A DNA stretch of 64,000 nucleotides from a virus. This document shows, one piece after another, positions 30,257 to 41,367 of this stretch. The notes under the pieces were generated by a model. The model did no database searches. It was given only the letters and a program-made list of their open reading frames with translations, and was not told the DNA's origin. Location: IMG/VR virus record IMGVR_UViG_3300031951_000093, positions 1 through 64,000 of that record; one strand, written 5' to 3'. Positions within the stretch are counted from its first letter, which is position 1. The number at the start of each line of letters is the position of its first letter. The translations under genes and the position numbers were made by a program.

Positions 30257-31818
30257 GATATGGGGGTTCCTTTCGTTGAGGTTTGATTTTGGACGGTTCG
30301 ATTCTTAATCGGTTGCGTGATACAATTGGCTTTGAATATGACAAAAGGCTGGGTTTTTTTGTTGTGTTTGAAGAAGGAGAGTATTTTGATACTAATCTTT
30401 CAATTGATCAAATGATGCAACTTAGCCAGGAAATCGCTGATCTAGCGCAAAAAGCAATGCAAGAGGAGGAAGGTAATGCCTGATTCAATCCTCAAACGAT
30501 TAGGAGGCATTTTCTCCGTGTGGGTTAATGCCGCAGGCACATTTACCGTGCAAGCCAAGCATTACGGTTATTCAACTGCGCTAGAATCCTTGACGGCAAC
30601 AGAATTGCGTCAACTCGGCGACGAATTGATCGCAATGGCAGATGCAATGGAACCGGAATCAGAACAGGAAGATATTGATCCATCCGAAGCAGAAATGCAC
30701 GATTGGAACAATCATCCTGCGCTCACCGCAGAGCAAAGAGGAGGCGTGAAATGAACATTGCGTTTTATGTTGCAATCGCTGTGGTATTGCTCCCTATGAT
30801 AGTGGTTGCGTTTGTTGCTGCTGTTTGTGGGGCGAAAGGTTTCAAATCATGAGCGAACAAATCAAGCCATTGTTTCACCTTGCAAAACACAAAGATGGCA
30901 ATCATCGCGGATCACTTAGGTTGAGATGGTTTATTAAATATGGCGACTCAATGACTGATTTTGGGTTTTCGACCAAATCAGAAGCGTTAGAATGGGTTCG
31001 TAGACATTGGCTGCTTAATGCTGTTGATTGGCAGAGTAAATATATATTTAGACTAAAAGGTGATACTAGGGATATTTCAATTGTCAGCAAGGATGGATAT
31101 TCGCTAAAAGCCTTTTCTTGTGTTTAATGTTTCAAATTGTTAAAACAGCTAGCCGTCTGATTGTGTTAGTCTTATCGTAAGGAAGTCCACCCAAAGACCA
31201 TGAATTTTCAACCTCCAGCGCTTAATCCGCGCCCAATCCATCCTTCCTCTAGGCCTCAACCAGTGAAGCCTAGGCCATTAGATCGCCCCAAAGCGCAAAT
31301 TGCCATGATCACAACAGAATATGCGCATCGGTTGCTTGCATTGTTTGCGCTATTGTTTGTCATCTCTTTGGGATCTTGCACCATTGCGCCTATTCTTGGG
31401 GCATTAGAAGGTGCTAGGATTCACGCTCCGGCTAAAACCGCGATGGTGGCGTGATGGACTTCATTCAGTGCGCGGAATTACTAGAGTCTGAGGGCTTTGG
31501 TAATGCAGCTAAGTTTTTGCGCAATTTCAACAGTGATTCAACTATGTACAATGACACAGATCTGATGAGTTTACTGACTGACCCTAACATCAGTCAAGGT
31601 GCAAAAATTGGCGTCTTGGCTGACATGGTTGTGCCGAATGAGCCAGAGCCAAATTTGAACAAAGGTTATTCTGAAGTGCAGAATAACTTGCAGGAAATTG
31701 CGATGGTGACGTGGATGGCCAAGCAGGCAGTAAGGAAAGAGATGATTGAGATTGCGACTAGTTTGCAAGATGTATCGGTAAACAGTGTAAAAATAGTTGA
31801 TAAGGAGGCTTGATTGTG

Positions 31819-32667
31819 ATGAAACTATTGCGCGGCGGGTCTTGGGACCCCTTTCCCGAGGACTGCCGCTCGGCTTCCCGCTTCCACGGCGCCCCCGACC
31901 TTGCCGACGACTTCGTCGGGTTCCGCGTGGTCTGCCTCCCGTCACCTTCACCTTCAATCTTTCAACAGATGATTAAACTATTGCGCGGCGGCTCTTGGGT
32001 TAACCATCCCCGGTTCTGCCGCTCGGCCTACCGCGGCAGGGACCACTCGGATTACCGCTACAATGGCTGCGGTTTCCGCGTCACTCAGCCACCAGGTGCA
32101 TCCTCGTTTGAAATTACAATGGTTCCCATTTTAGCAGGTGAATTCATGATGGGAACATCAAGCGACCTAAATGAATGGAGCGACGAAGAGCCACAACATT
32201 TGGTGAATATAAATAGCTTTTCAATAAGCCAAACGCCTATTACTCAGACGCAATGGCGGGCAGTGGCATCATTGCCAAAAGTTGAAATAAATCTAAAGCT
32301 AGATCCATCTTATTTCAAGGGTGATAATCTGCCTGTTGAGAGTGTAAACTGGTATGAAGCAATGGAGTTTTGTCGGAGGTTAAGCGCCGCAACGGGAGAA
32401 AAATATACACTACCAACAGAAGCGCAGTGGGAATACGCTTGCCGTGCTGGTACTACAACGCCATATAACATAGGGGACAAAATCACAAAAGAACAAGCGA
32501 ACTGTGGCAGCAGTAAAACCACACCAGTGCTCAAGTATCCTCCTAACACCTGGGGATTGCATGATATGCACGGCAATGTTTGGGAATGGTGCTTAGATGA
32601 TTGGCACCCTAATTATGAAGGCGCTCCAAATGATGGTAGTGCTTGGCTTGATGGAGATGCAAAATGA
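31819..32667 (+). CDS. FGE-sulfatase (CLec-fold) domain protein, permuted, with two DGR variable-region-like repeats
   Basis: PITQTQW, LPVESVNW, LPTEAQWEYACRAG and GLHDMHGNVWEWC; two LLRGGSW...CRSA.R...GFRV units at the N-terminus. Confidence 0.85.
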   Translation: MKLLRGGSWDPFPEDCRSASRFHGAPDLADDFVGFRVVCLPSPSPSIFQQMIKLLRGGSWVNHPRFCRSAYRGRDHSDYRYNGCGFRVTQPPGASSFEITMVPILAGEFMMGTSSDLNEWSDEEPQHLVNINSFSISQTPITQTQWRAVASLPKVEINLKLDPSYFKGDNLPVESVNWYEAMEFCRRLSAATGEKYTLPTEAQWEYACRAGTTTPYNIGDKITKEQANCGSSKTTPVLKYPPNTWGLHDMHGNVWEWCLDDWHPNYEGAPNDGSAWLDGDAK

Positions 32668-33590
32668 GACTACAAACTGCTGAAGATAGTGTAAATTGGC
32701 TGCGATGCAATGGCCATGTTAAGATTGGAGTTAAACTTCAAAAAGATTTAGATGCTAATGCTGATATGGTAATAGACAACAAAGAACCTCCGCTGCATTG
32801 CTTGTTAGATGAAGATCCAGAAGCGCAGTTGCCGGAAGTTTGCGTGTTTGATGATCCTGATGGCGTCATAAATGACTGCGCATTTGCTAGACATATTTGT
32901 GCACAAGGTAGGCTTAAAACAGCATGTAAATACTATAAAAAAGAGATATGACCAAACAAGTAGATCGGGCATTCTGGGATCAACCAAAGCAGCTAGACGG
33001 CGAGCGCTGGCAAGATTATGTGGTTCGTTTAAGGAGGTTTCGAGAGCAATATGTAGAACCGATAAAAGGTGAGCATTATATAGATTATCTCATTCGATGG
33101 AAGTGGTTTTATGTTGAGCAGCAACAAATAAGGAATGAGCAATTAAGAGAAAAAAACCAGGCGAAAAAAGAAAAACTTATCAAAGCAAAAAGAAAGACCA
33201 AAATACGATTAAGACTCAAACCACCTGCACATACTAATGCACAATCATGACCGATTCACAAAACCAGCAAGATAAGCTTGCAGAATTAGAAAGAGATCTT
33301 ATGTTTGAACGTGCTCAAATTAAAGAAGAGCGCAATAAAATCAACAAAGAAGGAGAAGCATTTTTAAGGGAAATTGATAAAATGCAAAATGAGTTAGCAT
33401 CATATAAAGAAGCTTTGGTGCTTGCTGGCAGGATGGCAGATTGCGCCATTAATCTAGTTGGAGGGAGTACTTTGAATGAAGTAATTCAACCAGTAAGAAT
33501 TGATCATGTCTCAAGCGCCGCACATCAGTTGCGATTGGTTGTTGAAGCATATAATGATTGCATTATTCAAATGCACGGAACCACAAAACA

Positions 33591-34283
33591 ATGAAAGGCT
33601 TTTTCATCACCCTAGAAGGCATCGACGGATGCGGCAAGACCACACAACTCAAGTCACTGGCTGAATGGCTGCCCACAAGTGGCCTGATGCCCCCTGGTGC
33701 CGAGTTGATCACCACGCGAGAGCCAGGCGGCACGGAGTTGGGGATGTTATTGCGAGGGCTTTTGTTGAGCCCATTGAAGGGTCAGGAGCCGAGCCGTAGG
33801 GCTGAGCTATTGTTGTATATGGCCGATCGTGCTCAACACGTGGAAAGAGTGATCATGCCAGCACTAGGGGCTGGCCATTGGGTGTTATGCGATCGTTTTA
33901 GCGCGTCAACAATTGCGTATCAGGGTTATGGAAGGGGGTGGCCGTTGAGTGATATTGAAAGGTTGAATCATTTTGCAACTACGGGTCTTAGGCCTGACCT
34001 AACCCTGTTGATAGATATTTCAGTAGATGAAGCACTAAAGCGTACAAAAAATAAGCAGCCGGATCGAATTGAAGCGGAAGGAAGAGAGTTTTTGAAGCGA
34101 GTGCGTCAAGGGTATGAAAAGCATAATGTCACAATGGTCTTTTATGATGCATACACAAACAGTGTAGATGCTTCTCGAAGTCAGACTTTATTCATAAGAA
34201 TAAACGGATTAGACTCTGTAGAATTGGTAACGCAAAAGTGTAAAGATGTGATTAGCGATCGTGTTCTGCAGTTAAAATCATGA
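33591..34283 (+). CDS. tmk: thymidylate kinase
   Basis: FITLEGIDGCGKTTQ P-loop, TREPGG, DRAQH, CDRF and YQGYGRG. Confidence 0.93.
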   Translation: MKGFFITLEGIDGCGKTTQLKSLAEWLPTSGLMPPGAELITTREPGGTELGMLLRGLLLSPLKGQEPSRRAELLLYMADRAQHVERVIMPALGAGHWVLCDRFSASTIAYQGYGRGWPLSDIERLNHFATTGLRPDLTLLIDISVDEALKRTKNKQPDRIEAEGREFLKRVRQGYEKHNVTMVFYDAYTNSVDASRSQTLFIRINGLDSVELVTQKCKDVISDRVLQLKS

Positions 34284-36439
34284 GCATGTGGAATTTATCT
34301 CCAGGAGGAGGAATAGATATTGATCCCGAAGATCTTCGCAGCATCATTCAGGGTAAGTGTATGATCAGAAAGTGCCCTGATTGCAATGGTGATGGTAATG
34401 TGTATTGGCATTACAAATCAGATGATGATGAAAATCCAAGGCAGGTAAGTCGTCAGTTTTTTGATGACTGGGAAAATAGAGACAATGACGAAGACAATGG
34501 TCCATCTGTTGAAGAAGAATTATGCGAAACGTGTTGGGGTGTTGGGTATATTGCAGCGATTAAATCATGAAACCCGAAAGCCCGCATGGATCAAAGATGA
34601 AGAAATGTGGAGGCGTATCGTGGGATCTGCTAGGATTAAGCTTCCTTTTGAGACTGAGATTCAATGAGCATTTCTGAAGATGTTGCTTTTTATGATTTAA
34701 TGGAAAGCAAGCGCAAGGCAAGCCTTACTTCACAGAATCTTATTGATCTTTTTGCAGAGCTTGAAGATTTTAAGGTTGTTGACGTTGCAGAAATTGAACA
34801 TTATTATAGGTATAGACTGCCGGAGACAACATCTGAAAACTACAAAAAAATCTTGGTGCGTCTTGCTCAAGAATATGTGCACGTCAAACTAGGATTAATC
34901 ACGGAGAAAGCGATTGAAATTGACAAAATTGACAAATTTGGCTACTCTATTGCGGTAGAATTTAATCCGCTTTTTTGGGTTCCTGAAGATTCTAATGATG
35001 TGATTAGAGTTCAAATAGAGTATAAGGAGATTTACATCAAACAGTTAAAGCGTAACCTAAAAAGTGCAGGTTATTTGATTCCAAATCTTGATTTTCAACC
35101 CTTGCAATCTCCCATGAAAGATCAACTTAATCCATCCTGCTGGGATGCACTTCAAAGCTTCCGTGATCTAAATGTAAATGCGCCGCTTGTTGATTGTTTG
35201 CTTGATTTACGCAAGCAGATTGCAGAAAAAGATAAGCCTGTGAATAATTTTTACAAGCAGGATGCAATTGAAGACGAATTAGATCACACAATTACCATTG
35301 ATGGCGTTGTTTATTATAGCGCTGAGCATCATAAGCCCGTGAGCGGTGAGATGGTGATTGGGTTTACAAAGCCGTTTACTTCTTATGAAGCTAACGATGA
35401 CCGGCGTAACAATGGATTGCCTTCTTTCTTGCGCCCGATGCCTGAAATTACTTGGTATTCATCGGATAAATCCTGCTGGCTTGTTCCTTGCGGGTCAAGT
35501 TATCGTGAAGAAAATATAAAAGCGTGGACAAAACTGCCGCATCCTGAGAGAACTGAAGAGCTTTTTGATTTTATGGATAGGATCTGAGCCATGGGACTTG
35601 ATCTTTCACATAATGCATTCTCAGGTAGTTATAGATCATTTAACAGCTTGCGTTCATTTGTTTGCGAAGCTGCTGGCGGCAGTTGGCCGCCTCATTCTGA
35701 TAAAAAGCTGGATCCTAAGCTTTGGTATATTGATGATGCGTTTAGCAAGGATACTCATCCTGGCCTTTGGGAGTTTTTGTCACATTCAGATAGCATGGGT
35801 GAAATCAGTCCATTGCTATGTGCATCATTAGCAAAAGACCTAGAAGAATTATTGCCGACCATGGTTAAAATGGACTCAATTGGTCTGGGTCATATTGCAA
35901 GAAATGGAGGATATGTTGCGACCGTAAATAAACTAATTATTGGATGTAAAGCCGCCGCCGCTATGGGCGAGCCTTTGCATTTTAAGTGATTACAACAGAA
36001 TGTGAAGATTTTCCGCGAAAAGGGGCAGGTGGTGGCCTTGTGGGATAGGATGTGTTCATCGGGGGAGAGATCCTCCGCCACCCTCAGCCGGTCTTGTAGC
36101 CGGATTTGTATATGACCAATGACAACATTAAATTGGTGTTTACAGACGAAGTTGGCGATAAAATTCTTGGCTTTACTGTTCGGAGTGACAACAACTGCTC
36201 AATCATTTGCAAAACGATTGAGCAGTTGCAGGAAGTTGGCGCAACCGCTTGGGCAAACAGCGTTGAGCTGTTGATTTGGCTGAGTCGGACGCCAGAATTC
36301 TGGGGTGAGGCTGCTACCAGCGCTCGTTTTTTGGTATGGGATCAGAATGCAAAATTAGCGAGAGAAGTGACTGTTCCTCGCAAGGGTTGTGAAAGGCCTT
36401 TTGATAGGTGGGATTTGATCTAAGCGATATAAGATCTCA

Positions 36440-36555
36440 CCCCAGCCATGCTGGGGTTTTGCATGTTTTGATTCGATTACAACAGATTGTTACAGATCCC
36501 TCCAGTTGCCGGATGTGTGCCCTATAGTAAGTGCATCGAAGGCAGAGATGCTTTC
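36440..36555 (+). promoter_or_regulatory. terminator + early promoter + GAGA leader hairpin cassette
   Basis: CCCAGC-CAT-GCTGGG-GTTTT; GTTACA at 36489; TATAGT at 36523; GAAGGCA-GAGA-TGCTTTC at 36538-36555. Confidence 0.75.
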
Positions 36556-36795
36556 TCAACCCCAAAATCAAATGACTAAAGTCACCCAATCCCGCGCCCA
36601 GACTGTTATCAATGATCTTTTAGCTGTGCTCGCCTCTGGCACTTGCGTCAATCGCGCCTTTGTTGTTCATCACTTTGCAGAAGCTGGCTACGCAGACCAC
36701 TTAGCTACTCGCCACGCCGACGACATGATTGCCTTGCTGGAAGAGTTCTATCCAGGTATTTTTGCTAACTGATCCCGGCTAATCGCCGTCTCACT

Positions 36796-36912
36796 GCCCT
36801 TCAACCGAAGGGCTTTTTCATGTTTTAGTTTGATTGCAACAGTTTGTTACAAGCTGATTCCGCTCTGTGATGCGTGCCCTATAGTGAGTTCATCGAGAGC
36901 AGAGATGCTTTC
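36796..36912 (+). promoter_or_regulatory. terminator + early promoter + GAGA leader hairpin cassette
   Basis: GCCCTTC/GAAGGGC followed by T5; GTTACA at 36846; TATAGT at 36880; GAGAGCA-GAGA-TGCTTTC. Confidence 0.75.
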
Positions 36913-37183
36913 TCAACCCCATGCCCCTCGCATCATGGCTACTACCGAGTTTGCCACCGCTGCTGATTTTGCTAATTGGGCTAATCGCGCTAAGTCTATG
37001 ACTTCAGCAGAGCTGCTTTACACAGTTAATGATTGCCAACGGGCTGCTAAGGCAATGCGTGGCTGGAATCCAGTCAAGGAAGGTTTTTATGTTGATCAGG
37101 CTTGCACTTACGGAATGGAGTTAACTCGCCGCCGCAGATCTGTTGCTTGATGCATGTGTGCAAGCAGTTGTTTTAGCCAATCA

Positions 37184-37302
37184 CCCCCGGTCATGCCGGG
37201 GTTTTTTATGCTTTGAAATAATTACAACAGTTTGTTACGAGTTGGCGCCAGTGTCGTGGCTCGTGCTCTATGATGTTTGTATCGAAGGCAGAGATGACCT
37301 TC
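37184..37302 (+). promoter_or_regulatory. terminator + early promoter + GAGA leader hairpin cassette
   Basis: CCCCGG/CCGGGG followed by T6; GTTACG at 37234; TATGAT at 37269; GAAGGCA-GAGA-TGACCTTC. Confidence 0.75.
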
Positions 37303-37854
37303 GCCCATCACCCCACCGCAGCGGCAATCCGTGTCATTCATTCATTCCGAAGAAGTTCCAACTGTTGAGCAGGTGCTAGAAAACACCGCCATCGGCTGCG
37401 ACATGCACAGTTGGGCATGTGAAGGCGGAAGCATTGAGATCAGCTCCGAAGATCTCCGCCCCCTGCTGGAATCCGCTTATGACTCAACCTGCCCTAATTG
37501 GATGGCATTTGTTGATACTGAAGAGCTTGAATCGGTCGGAAATCTGGCCTGATCACATGACCTTTTCCGACCTAGCCTTTATCCTAGGACTTCACATCAC
37601 AATCATCCCCATCGCCATTCTCGTTAATGTCTTCCTCTCCAAGCAAGCCTCTTGATAATTACGAAAGGTGTCAAGGATTTGAATTAACATCAAATGTTTT
37701 GCATCCTGATTGTTTGGATTGCCAGATTCGGCACAGAGAATCAATTGATCCAAGTCGGCAAAGCTTCTTTGTGGTTAGTCCAAGAGAATTCTTGAACAAT
37801 CGTTGCCCCTATAGAGTTTGATCTGTTAAGATGGGTTAAAACGACTCACCGCTT

Positions 37855-40167
37855 GTGTCTGATTTTCCAGCATCTGCGCCCGCCGCCAATCCGGTTTTCT
37901 GCCGTACCTATAGTCGCAAGGGACCACAAGGTCGCGAGAGCTGGCAACATGTCGTAGAGCGTAATCTGAGCGGTCTGGCGAAGCTTGGTCGCCTTAATGA
38001 TGATCAGGTTGCCCTATTGCGCAAGATGCAACTAGAGCAGAAAGCGCTACCTTCAGGCCGTTGGTTGTGGGTTGGCGGTACTGACTGGATTGATAAGCCA
38101 GAAAATGTAAGCGGTGCATACAATTGTACGTCAACGGATCTAACCGATTGGCGTGCTTTTGCGTTGATGATGGATTTAGCGATGATGGGTAGTGGAACTG
38201 GCGCCATCATTGAGCCTCACATGGTTGATATGTTGCCGGTGATTCGGAATAGGTTGAATGTAGTTGTTACAGGTATATTTGGCCAAGCGTCTTCAGATCC
38301 ACAAACTAGCGTTGAATATCACACTGTGTATCTTGATGAAGATTATACGCCAAGCATTGATGTATTAATTGAAGTTGGCGACAGCCGTAAGGGATGGGTT
38401 GACGCTTACTACACAATGTTTGAACTTGCCAGTAATGCCTCCATTTCGGCTTTATATGGAGAAAATACCCAAGTTGCCGTAAGTGTTGATATATCCAAGG
38501 TTCGTCCTTCTGGCTCGCCACTAAAAGGCTTCGGCGGCACAGCAAATCCAGTGAAGCTAAAGGATTTGTTTGTTAAAATGGCTGCGATTTTTAACAAAGC
38601 TCAAGGCAGAAAACTTACATCAGTTGAGTGTTGTTTGCTTACGGATGAAGCGGCGTTAGTTGTAGTTGCCGGCAATGTGCGTCGTAGCGCTTCAATTAAA
38701 CAATTCAGCGCAAATGATACCGAGGCAAGTATAGCAAAAGACAACCTATGGCAGCAAGATGAAGACGGCAACTGGCGCATTGATCCTGAGCGTGATGCTT
38801 TGCGCATGGCGAATCACACCCTAGTCTATCATAATTATCCAACAAGAGAAGAGATCGTAGATTCTGTCCGCAGGCAATACCTATCGGGTGAAGGTGCGAT
38901 TATGTTTGCTCCTGAAGCTATTGCAAGATCAAATCGTGATATTTTGACCGATAGGCAGATGCAAATTGATTTTATCTCAGCTTATTGTGATCACAAGCAA
39001 AGTGGTGCTGAGATGATTAAGCAGTTGGATCCTGATTGCGTGGAAGATAGTGATAAGCTAGAACATAGAATGGGCAGGTATGGGATTAACCCATGCGGCG
39101 AAATTCAAGGTAAAAACTTTCACTGCAATCTAGCAGAAGTGCATCTAAACCAGCTATTACCATCCGATCGGCTGGGGCAACAATCAGCATTCACCGCCGC
39201 TGCTTTATCTGTTGCGGCATTGTTACATCATAAGTTTCAGGAGCCACGTTATCAGTACAGCAGAGATCTTGATCCTATCGTTGGTGTAAGTTTCACGGGA
39301 TTGTTTGACTTTTTTGTTGAGGCATTTGGTGTGCCATGGCTTGAATGGTGGACAGAGGGAAGGCCTAATAATTATGTGGGGATTGCATATAAAGAAGCTG
39401 AGGCGGCTTATTTAAGAGAATGGCGTGAAATTGTAGAAGATGCTGTTCGGAAGTATTGCGATGATCATGGGCTGAAGTGTCCTAATCGCATGACGACATG
39501 TCAACCGGCCGGGACCAAGAGTCTTCTTACTGGTGCGTCACCAGGCTGGCATCCGCCGAAGGCGCAGCGCTTCATCCGTCGCATCACCTTCCGCAGGGAT
39601 GATCCCGTGGCCCTGGCCTGCCTCGATTATGGCTACACCATTGTGCCTAGCCAGAGCGACAAGGATGAGCAGGGCCGCCTATTGGATGATCCCTTTGATC
39701 CGCGCTGTACCGAGTGGCTCGTGGAGATCCCCACGGAAGTGAGCTGGGCCAACCTGCCGGGAGCGGATCAGATCAGAATTGATCAATTCTCAGCCCTGGC
39801 TCAGTTTGACTTCTACATGCAAGTACAGACGCACTATACAAGGCATAACACATCTGCCACGATTGAGTTTAGGGAGCATGAAATTGAGCCCTTGGCTGAT
39901 AAGATTCATGATGCAATCGTGAATCATAAAGGCTACATTTCCGCCGCTTTACTGGCTCGCTTTGATGCAAACGAAACATTCCCCCGCCTGCCTTTTGAAC
40001 CGATCGACAAGGCAACATACGAGCGCCTTCATGAAGAAGTGTTACAACGTCGCAAAGGGGATGACTTTTTTGCGCTGCTTCAGGCCTATGATAGCGGGAG
40101 TTTAGTGGAGGCTGGCCCTGCAGGATGTGACTCGGATAAGTGCTTGCTGCCGCAGGCTAAAAAGTAA
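37855..40167 (+). CDS. nrdJ: class II (adenosylcobalamin-dependent) ribonucleotide reductase
   Basis: ALPSGRWLW, AYNC, VVAGNVRRSA, GINPCGEI, CNLAEV, CQPAGTKSLL and C-terminal GCDSDKC. Confidence 0.95.
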   Translation: MSDFPASAPAANPVFCRTYSRKGPQGRESWQHVVERNLSGLAKLGRLNDDQVALLRKMQLEQKALPSGRWLWVGGTDWIDKPENVSGAYNCTSTDLTDWRAFALMMDLAMMGSGTGAIIEPHMVDMLPVIRNRLNVVVTGIFGQASSDPQTSVEYHTVYLDEDYTPSIDVLIEVGDSRKGWVDAYYTMFELASNASISALYGENTQVAVSVDISKVRPSGSPLKGFGGTANPVKLKDLFVKMAAIFNKAQGRKLTSVECCLLTDEAALVVVAGNVRRSASIKQFSANDTEASIAKDNLWQQDEDGNWRIDPERDALRMANHTLVYHNYPTREEIVDSVRRQYLSGEGAIMFAPEAIARSNRDILTDRQMQIDFISAYCDHKQSGAEMIKQLDPDCVEDSDKLEHRMGRYGINPCGEIQGKNFHCNLAEVHLNQLLPSDRLGQQSAFTAAALSVAALLHHKFQEPRYQYSRDLDPIVGVSFTGLFDFFVEAFGVPWLEWWTEGRPNNYVGIAYKEAEAAYLREWREIVEDAVRKYCDDHGLKCPNRMTTCQPAGTKSLLTGASPGWHPPKAQRFIRRITFRRDDPVALACLDYGYTIVPSQSDKDEQGRLLDDPFDPRCTEWLVEIPTEVSWANLPGADQIRIDQFSALAQFDFYMQVQTHYTRHNTSATIEFREHEIEPLADKIHDAIVNHKGYISAALLARFDANETFPRLPFEPIDKATYERLHEEVLQRRKGDDFFALLQAYDSGSLVEAGPAGCDSDKCLLPQAKK

Positions 40168-41091
40168 ACCATCGCATGGAATTGTTGACCTACAAAGCCC
40201 TGCAAATCCAAGCCGCACTAAGGCGCCAGAAAAACGATTGCGATCTTCAAATTCAAAAGCTATTAGCTATTTTGAAGTTAAAATCATTTAATGATCTGGC
40301 GCCTAATTTACAAGATGATTTGCTCTGGAGCTTGAATGAGCTTAGGCGTAGATCTGGTGTGTTGACGCGAAGGACTGATAGGCTTTATAGTTGATTTTTG
40401 ACTCACTCATTGTCGTTTTTGTTATGAACTCAAATTTAATCACGCGCGCCCCAAATGACACACTTCACTGATTCTGATTTTGAGAGAATCAAAAATGCAA
40501 TAAATTATACGCAGGCAACTGTTGAAAGCGGATGTGGACTTGTTCGCAAGCTTCACATAGGAAGACTTTACCAGAGTCAAAACTTTCTTAATCGGGCTCA
40601 CAATTTAAGCGAAGACATGCTTGAAGAAATACAATCAGGCGACATGTTTCTTGCTCATGTGCAACTTAGTCACTTGTTAGAGTGCGTAGAGGGCTTTCTT
40701 TGTCTAGCAAGGCAACAGGAAGATGATAGAGATAGCGATGAGCATCCAGAGCCAGTAGAATGGGCAGATGTTGACGAAAGCTTTATTAAAGCATGTAGCT
40801 ATTGTTTTGCCAAAAGTTATGGCATTCTTGCTTGGTTGAAATTAGTGAGAGAATCGCTTAATGTGGCCTAAGCAAACAGCGCTGATTTTATGATTAATCC
40901 AGCAACCCTTAACCCTTGCCCCGGCATAGTCTACCTCGAAGAAGACTACATTTACGAAGAATGCGAAACCTGCCTCAGGCGAAAAGTATCTAACGATTTG
41001 CCACCGATTGAGCCGCCATTGATTATTGCGATTTGGTGTGAATACGGTGTGCATGAATAGATGCTATCATGGGGCATCTGCGCTTTAAATC

Positions 41092-41367
41092 ATGACCATT
41101 AAGATTGGCAAAGAATCCTTTAAGGGGTATAACAAGCCAAAGCGGACTCCTGGGCATCCGAAGAAGAGCCATGCCGTAGCAGCTAGGGAGAATGGCCAGG
41201 TTAAGCTGATTCGTTTTGGTCAGCAAGGTGTCAGCGGATCGCCCCCGAGCAAAAACGAAAGCAATGCTGACAAAAAGCGCCGCGCCAGTTTTCAGGCTCG
41301 TCATGCAAAAAATATAAAGAAAGGTAAAATGAGTGCTGCCTATTGGGCCAACAAGGTAAAGTGGTGA
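41092..41367 (+). CDS. small basic phage protein (SFxARH ... SAAYWA family)
   Basis: YNKPKRTPGHPKKSHAV, KLIRFG, RASFQARH and SAAYWANKVKW. Confidence 0.7.
   Translation: MTIKIGKESFKGYNKPKRTPGHPKKSHAVAARENGQVKLIRFGQQGVSGSPPSKNESNADKKRRASFQARHAKNIKKGKMSAAYWANKVKW

Noticed and set aside
31810-32100. Complete diversity-generating retroelement
   Set aside because: No reverse transcriptase, accessory gene or AAC-rich template repeat was found in the window; only target-like regions are supported.
36000-37310. CRISPR array or attC-type integron cassettes
   Set aside because: The repeats are degenerate, separated by whole genes, and resolve into terminator, promoter box, -10 and hairpin; no cas or integrase gene was seen.
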